From contig MEYT01000036.1 in assembly GCA_001774105.1 (NCBI GenBank), forward strand, positions 1 to 38,352: a DNA stretch of 38,352 nucleotides, given 5' to 3'. The notes beneath the pieces were generated by a model. It saw nothing but the letters and a program-made list of their open reading frames with translations, was not told where the DNA came from and ran no database searches. How positions within the stretch are numbered: the first letter of the stretch is position 1; each line of letters opens with the position of its first letter. The position numbers were made by a program, and so were the translations under genes. Origin of the DNA: Candidatus Azambacteria bacterium RIFCSPLOWO2_01_FULL_46_26 (GTDB taxonomy: Bacteria; Patescibacteriota; Minisyncoccia; UBA9936). Below are positions 33,372 to 38,352 of this stretch, in pieces.

Positions 33372-34637
33372 TCATATTTTTAACAACTTCTGAAATTCTC
33401 TATCGTCTTTAAGCGGCCCGATTAAGGCCAAATTCAGCTTGGACGGGTGGAAAATATCCCGGGCGACTCTTAAGATGTCTTTCCGGCTGACGGCGTTGAT
33501 TTTCCTCAAAATTTGTTCGGGCTTCAAAATTTTATTGAGAGCGATTTCCTGCTCGCCGACGAATTCTGCCCAATCGTCGGAACTTTCAAAAGCCAGAAGC
33601 ATTTTCCCTTTAAAATAATCTTTTGCTTTTTTCAGTTCCTCGGCGGTCACGCCCTTGTCGCGGACGAGCCGAAACTCTCTTAAAATCGCGACAATCGCGT
33701 CTTTGACTTTTTCGTTGTTAACGCCGGCCCTGACCGCCAAAAAACCGGTGTCGCTTGAGTTGTCAACCATTGAGCCGATGTAATAAGCCAGGCCCTTTTT
33801 TTCTCTGATCGTAACCCAGAGCCGGGAGCTCATTGACCCGCCCAGAATTGACGACAAAACAGACAGGGCGTATTTTCTCGGGTCAAAAACATTATAAGCC
33901 CGAACGCCGAGGCAAAAATGGGTCTGTTCGGTTTTTTTGTAAAAAATCAGATTTTCCGGTTTTGACTGCTTTTCAATAACCGGTGCTTTGCTTTTCGGTT
34001 CCCCTTTCCTGATTTTTGAAAAATAATGTTCAATTTTATTCAAAATGTTTTTTTCGTCGAATTTTCCGGCAACCGTAACGACAATGTTGTCGGCAACATA
34101 CTGATTGTGAAAATATTGAACCAATTCCGGCCGCTTTAATTTTGAAATAACCTCTTTTTTACCGAGGATCTCCCAGCCGGCCGGCTGATCGCCGTAAAGC
34201 AGGCGGTCGAAAAGCACGCCGGTGTAATGGCTGGGCATGTCGTTGTACATGTTAATTTCTTCAATAATCACTCCCCGCTCCCGCTCGATTTCTTTCGGAT
34301 TGAACGTTGAATTGAGCAGAATGTCTGAAACAATGTCAAGAGCCAAATCAAGATGGTTGAAGTCCGCCTTAACCCAGTAGCCGGTCCGTTCGTCGCCGGT
34401 AAAAGCGTTGTGTTCGGCGCCCACCCGGTCAAGCTCGGTGGAAATTTGCAGGGCGGTCGGCCGCTTCTTCGTCCCCTTGAACATTACATGCTCCAAAAAA
34501 TGCGACAGCCCGTTTATTTCCCTTGTTTCGTATTTTGAGCCGGTCCCGACCAAAACCAAAACCGTAACGCTCCGCACATCCTTCATCGGCACGGTAATCA
34601 CGCGCAATCCGTTTTTTAACGTGGTTTTATGAAACAT
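33372..34637 (-). CDS. M16 family zinc peptidase
   Basis: Inverted zinc motif HFLEH, NAFT, ERGVIIEE and SSRLW..IREKKGLAY. Confidence 0.95.
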   Translation of the reverse strand: MFHKTTLKNGLRVITVPMKDVRSVTVLVLVGTGSKYETREINGLSHFLEHVMFKGTKKRPTALQISTELDRVGAEHNAFTGDERTGYWVKADFNHLDLALDIVSDILLNSTFNPKEIERERGVIIEEINMYNDMPSHYTGVLFDRLLYGDQPAGWEILGKKEVISKLKRPELVQYFHNQYVADNIVVTVAGKFDEKNILNKIEHYFSKIRKGEPKSKAPVIEKQSKPENLIFYKKTEQTHFCLGVRAYNVFDPRKYALSVLSSILGGSMSSRLWVTIREKKGLAYYIGSMVDNSSDTGFLAVRAGVNNEKVKDAIVAILREFRLVRDKGVTAEELKKAKDYFKGKMLLAFESSDDWAEFVGEQEIALNKILKPEQILRKINAVSRKDILRVARDIFHPSKLNLALIGPLKDDREFQKLLKI

Positions 34638-35949
34638 GTTTTTTAAAATATTCCGTTAAATCTCCTACTTTCATTCTCTCCTGCTTCATCGTATCTCTAT
34701 CCCGAACCGTAACCGTATCGTCTTCAAGCGTTTCAAAATCAACCGTTACGCAAAAGGGCGTGCCGATTTCGTCTTGGCGGCGGTAGCGCTTGCCGATGTT
34801 GCCGATGTCATCCCAGCTCACCATAAAACTTTGTTTAAGATTTTCATAAATCGTCTTTGCTTTCTCACCAAGTTGAGGTTTGTTGGCTAACAGAGGAAAT
34901 ACCGCAACCTTGTAAGGCGCAAGAACCGGCGGCAAAGATAAATAAACTCTTTGCTCGCCCTTAACTTCTTCCTCTTTATAATGCTCGCTCAAAACCGCCA
35001 AAAACGTCCGGTCAACCCCGAAAGTCGGCTCTATCACGTGAGGGATAAATCGTTCTTTTTTCTCCTCATCAAAGTAACTCAAGTCCTGCCCGCTCGCTTC
35101 CTGATGATTTTTCAGGTCAAAGTCGCCTCTGTAAGCGATGCCGTATAGTTCGTCTTTTTTGAAAGGAAAATTATAGTCAATGTCAACCGTTCTTTTTGAA
35201 TAATGCGCCCGGTCTTCCGCCGGCACTTCCCGAAACGTTAAATTCGCGTCGCTCAAGCCGATCATTCTCAGCCATTTTTTCATCTCTGAAAGCCAATACT
35301 CAAATTGTTTTTCCCATTCGCCCTCCTTAATAAAATACTCTATTTCCATCTGCTCAAACTCGCGCGTTCGGAAAATAAAATTTCCGGGAGTGATTTCGTT
35401 GCGGAACGCCTTGCCGATTTGCGCCAAACCGAAGGGGATTTTCGGGTGGAGCGAATCGTTGATATTCTTAAAATTTACGAACATCCCTTGAGCCGTCTCC
35501 GGACGCAGATAAGTCAAACCGGTTTCATCCTCAACCGGCCCCAAAAAGGTCTTAAGCATTGTGTTGAACTGCCGCGGCTCGGAAAGCGCGCCGCCGCATT
35601 CGGGGCATTTCTTTCCGTCAACGTGGTCTGCCCGAAATCTTTTTTTGCATTTTTTGCACTCAACCAGCATATCCGAAAATCCCTTCTCGTGCCCCGAGGC
35701 CTGCCAGACCTTGCGGTTCATAATCAAAGCCGCGTCAACGCCGAACATGTCGTCCCGCTTATGAACAAAAAAGTCCCACCAAAGCGCTTTAATGTTATTT
35801 TTAAGCTCAACGCCCAAAGGCCCGTAATCCCAGGAATTGGCCAGCCCGCCGTAAATGTCCGAGCCCGGATACACAAACCCGCGCCGTTTGCACAGCGAAA
35901 CGATTTTGTCCATTTTGTCGGCAATTTTTTCCATATCGTTATTCCTCAT
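34627..35949 (-). CDS. glyQS: Glycine--tRNA ligase (homodimeric type)
   Basis: IYGGLANSWDYGPLG, LRPETAQG, FRNEITP, RTREFEQME and IGKRYRRQDEIGTP. Confidence 0.97.
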   Translation of the reverse strand: MRNNDMEKIADKMDKIVSLCKRRGFVYPGSDIYGGLANSWDYGPLGVELKNNIKALWWDFFVHKRDDMFGVDAALIMNRKVWQASGHEKGFSDMLVECKKCKKRFRADHVDGKKCPECGGALSEPRQFNTMLKTFLGPVEDETGLTYLRPETAQGMFVNFKNINDSLHPKIPFGLAQIGKAFRNEITPGNFIFRTREFEQMEIEYFIKEGEWEKQFEYWLSEMKKWLRMIGLSDANLTFREVPAEDRAHYSKRTVDIDYNFPFKKDELYGIAYRGDFDLKNHQEASGQDLSYFDEEKKERFIPHVIEPTFGVDRTFLAVLSEHYKEEEVKGEQRVYLSLPPVLAPYKVAVFPLLANKPQLGEKAKTIYENLKQSFMVSWDDIGNIGKRYRRQDEIGTPFCVTVDFETLEDDTVTVRDRDTMKQERMKVGDLTEYFKKHVS

Positions 35950-35997
35950 CTTACCTGAAAATTTTCCCTTTGTCCAAGCCGCAAAGCGTGTTATTAT

Positions 35998-37233
35998 ATG
36001 TGTGAAATGAAGAAATATGCCGTCATTTTTATTTTCATTTTTCTTTTAGTCGCGGGCGCGTGGCTTGGATATTTTTATTGGCAAAATTTGCGAGGGTTAG
36101 GGCCGGCGTTGAAACCGCCGCCCGAAGATATTGCCAAACTCCTGCCGCCTGAAAAATCGGCACAAGTTCCGCCGGCAATAAACGAAACCGAATTTCCTTT
36201 AAAATTGCCGGCTGGTTTTAAAATCTCCATTTTCGCCAAAGGCCTCGAAAGTCCCAGAGTTATGACGTATGACCCGGCGGGAAATATCGTCGTGAGCATT
36301 CCGGCGCAGGGAAAAGTCGTCGCCTTGCCGGACAAAAATAGCGACGGCGTTGCCGACGAAGTTGTTACTGTAATTGACGGCCTGAACCGGCCGCACGGCT
36401 TGGCAACGCGATGCACTGAAAAATGCGAATTTTTTATTGCGGAATCAAACCAAGTGGCCTACTACGACTATAATACAAAAAATTTAAAAACGTTTAACAA
36501 AAGAAAAATTATTGACTTGCCGAGCGGCGGCAACCACATCACAAGAACTATTCTTTTCATGCCAAGCCCGAATGACCATAAACTTTTAACTTCCGTCGGC
36601 TCAACCTGCAATGTTTGTGAAGAAAATGACTGGCTAAGGGCGAAAATTTTAATTTCAAACGCCGACGGCGGCGATTTGAAAACTTTCGCGTCCGGACTTC
36701 GCAATTCCGTGTTTATGACCATTCATCCGGTAACCGGAAAAATCTGGGCAACGGAAATGGGGCGCGATTTATTGGGCGATAATTTGCCGCCGGATGAAAT
36801 AAACATTGTTGAAGAAGGTAAAGATTACGGTTGGCCCTATTTTTACGGAAAAGACATCAGAGACGCGGCGTTTGAACCGGATGTTATGTTTGAACAAAAT
36901 CCCGATCGCTTCGGCAGTCACATTGACATACCGGCGCATTCCGCGCCTCTCGGCCTCGCGTTCATTCCCGAGGAAGGATGGCCGCAGGAGTATTGGCACA
37001 ACCTGCTTGTCGCCTACCACGGCTCATGGAACAGAACCGTTCCGACCGGCTACAAAATCGTCCGTTACAAATTAGACGCGCAAGGCAACTATTTAGGAGA
37101 AGAAGATTTTATTTCCGGCTGGCTCACGAACGAGGGCGCGCTCGGAAGGCCGGTTGACATCCTTGTCCAACCCGGCGGCATTATTTATGTCTCGGACGAC
37201 AAAGCCGGAGTGATTTACAAAATCACGCGCTAA
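35998..37233 (+). CDS. PQQ-dependent sugar/sorbosone dehydrogenase family beta-propeller, membrane anchored
   Basis: GSTCNVC, GLRNSV, PPDEIN, YGWPY, AHSAPLG, HGSWNR and GRPVD; start may be the ATG at 36007. Confidence 0.9.
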   Translation: MCEMKKYAVIFIFIFLLVAGAWLGYFYWQNLRGLGPALKPPPEDIAKLLPPEKSAQVPPAINETEFPLKLPAGFKISIFAKGLESPRVMTYDPAGNIVVSIPAQGKVVALPDKNSDGVADEVVTVIDGLNRPHGLATRCTEKCEFFIAESNQVAYYDYNTKNLKTFNKRKIIDLPSGGNHITRTILFMPSPNDHKLLTSVGSTCNVCEENDWLRAKILISNADGGDLKTFASGLRNSVFMTIHPVTGKIWATEMGRDLLGDNLPPDEINIVEEGKDYGWPYFYGKDIRDAAFEPDVMFEQNPDRFGSHIDIPAHSAPLGLAFIPEEGWPQEYWHNLLVAYHGSWNRTVPTGYKIVRYKLDAQGNYLGEEDFISGWLTNEGALGRPVDILVQPGGIIYVSDDKAGVIYKITR

Positions 37234-37300
37234 ATTTAATTTGACCGAAAAACAAAACTTTGGTATCGTATTTTTGCATTCCTCTGTCCCTCAAGCCCTC

Positions 37301-37365
37301 GGGCCGTTAGAAATTTAATGGCCCGGAATTCTTACAAACTATAATAGATCAATTTCTAACGGCCC
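37301..37365. repeat. 15-bp inverted repeat element abutting tRNA-Arg
   Basis: GGGCCGTTAGAAATT (37301-37315) and AATTTCTAACGGCCC (37351-37365). Confidence 0.8.
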
Positions 37366-37433
37366 TCGTAGTTCAACGGATAGAACAGCACACTCCTAAC
37401 GTGCGGATCGAGGTTCAATTCCTCGCGAGGGCA
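37362..37433 (+). tRNA. tRNA-Arg(CCT)
   Basis: GCCCTCG/CGAGGGC acceptor, GTTC/GAAC D stem, loop CTCCTAA, T loop TTCAATT; CCA not encoded. Confidence 0.93.
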
Positions 37434-37487
37434 CATAGTAAAATGAATAAAAAATTAAAACAGACTCGGTATATCATATAATTACTA

Positions 37488-37516
37488 TTGCACATGGAGG
37501 CTTTTTTGGGTACAAT
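37488..37516 (+). promoter_or_regulatory. Sigma70-type promoter predicting a leaderless transcript
   Basis: TTGCAC-N17-TACAAT, ending 6 nt before the ATG at 37523. Confidence 0.6.
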
Positions 37517-37522
37517 AGTATT

Positions 37523-38215
37523 ATGAATAGAACGAAAATAAAAAAGAAAGTTCGTCAACTTCGTTCTAACGGCAAAACCTACAAAGAAATTCAAAAAAAA
37601 TTAAACTCTCGGATTCCTAAAAGTACTTTATCAAATTGGTGTCGCGGCATTGATCTGCCCAAGAACTATTTTCTAAAGGTAAAAGAGTTAAACAATAGAA
37701 ATTTAGCAAGAGGCAGGCAGACCAGTTTATTAAATCGAAAAAAACAGCAAGAATTATTCTTAAAACGTAAACGAGAAGAGGCGGAAAAAGCTATAACTAA
37801 ATCGTCTTTAAGTGGTTTGCATCTAAAATTAATTCTTGCCACTCTGTATTTAGGTGAAGGCGCTAAATGGAAAGGTCATCGCGGATTAATGCTTGGCAGT
37901 TCTGACCCGATAATTATTCTTCTCTATATTAAACTTCTTAGTAAATGCTATGGAATAAATAGAAATCAGTTAAAATGCAGAATTAGTTACCGCGCAGATC
38001 AAGATATTGAGGCATTAGAAAAATATTGGTCTAAAACCACGGGAATTCATAGAGAAAATTTCTACCAGACCAAACCAGACCCAAGAACAATAGGTAAAAA
38101 AACTTTAAAAAGCCAATATAAAGGCGTTTGCGTAATAACTTGCAAAGGAACAGACATTCAATTAGAACTAGAACAACTTATAAATACTCTGGCCAAGAAA
38201 ATAACGGGCCTGTAG
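37523..38215 (+). CDS. HTH plus LAGLIDADG-like domain protein, putative tRNA-associated endonuclease
   Basis: N-terminal HTH (LRSNGKTYKEI..IPKSTLSNW), LATLYLGEGAK helix and SSDP motif; very basic; visibly more AT-rich than neighbours. Confidence 0.6.
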   Translation: MNRTKIKKKVRQLRSNGKTYKEIQKKLNSRIPKSTLSNWCRGIDLPKNYFLKVKELNNRNLARGRQTSLLNRKKQQELFLKRKREEAEKAITKSSLSGLHLKLILATLYLGEGAKWKGHRGLMLGSSDPIIILLYIKLLSKCYGINRNQLKCRISYRADQDIEALEKYWSKTTGIHRENFYQTKPDPRTIGKKTLKSQYKGVCVITCKGTDIQLELEQLINTLAKKITGL

Positions 38216-38280
38216 CTTAGAGGAAAAGCGTGTGCATGGCATGCACAAGACCGCGGGTTCGAGTCCCGCCAGGTCCACCA
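38206..38280 (+). tRNA. tRNA-Ala(GGC)
   Basis: GGGCCTG/CAGGTCC acceptor with G3:U70, TGTGC-ATGGCAT-GCACA anticodon arm, TTCGAGT T loop, encoded CCA. Confidence 0.97.
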
Positions 38281-38321
38281 AAAAGTTCGGACTCATTTCC
38301 AGCAGAACCCCGACTAATGTG

Positions 38322-38340
38322 CCACGCGCGGAGCGCGTGG
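38322..38340. repeat. Short GC-rich palindrome
   Basis: CCACGCGC-gga-GCGCGTGG; no T tract, so REP-like rather than a terminator. Confidence 0.5.
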
Positions 38341-38352
38341 TGAAGCGAAACT

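Noticed and set aside
5572-36800. Numerous 60-230 aa antisense or alternate-frame ORFs in the track (e.g. 9222-9779, 11880-12581, 18504-19193, 27884-28531, 35305-35958)
   Set aside because: They are shadows of well-supported genes and have no recognisable motifs.

Overview
Bacterial chromosomal segment, mostly minus-strand housekeeping genes (rpmB, ndk, split comEC, class II RNR, ftsA/ftsZ, ybeY, rpsU, hisS, lepB, murD, leuS, tatD, metG, rsmI, glyQS), three tRNAs and a probable 6S RNA. Gene style and repeat content suggest a Patescibacteria (CPR, Parcubacteria-like) genome using genetic code 11; this taxonomy is inference. The standout is a ~7 kb block between murD and leuS (17412-24407): a DUF411 metal-binding protein, tetraheme and heptaheme c-type cytochromes, a predicted outer-membrane beta-barrel, an NHL beta-propeller, a monoheme cytochrome c and three small proteins. 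This resembles a porin-cytochrome extracellular electron transfer conduit, which is unexpected in a lineage regarded as fermentative and lacking an outer membrane. Other signals: short palindromic and heptameric repeats inserted in frame into essential genes (at least seven sites in leuS), an AT-rich HTH/LAGLIDADG-like gene whose stop codon lies inside tRNA-Ala, an archaeal-type GAPDH-like gene, and an L,D-transpeptidase broken by a single in-frame stop. All calls come from reading motifs by eye; no searches were run.
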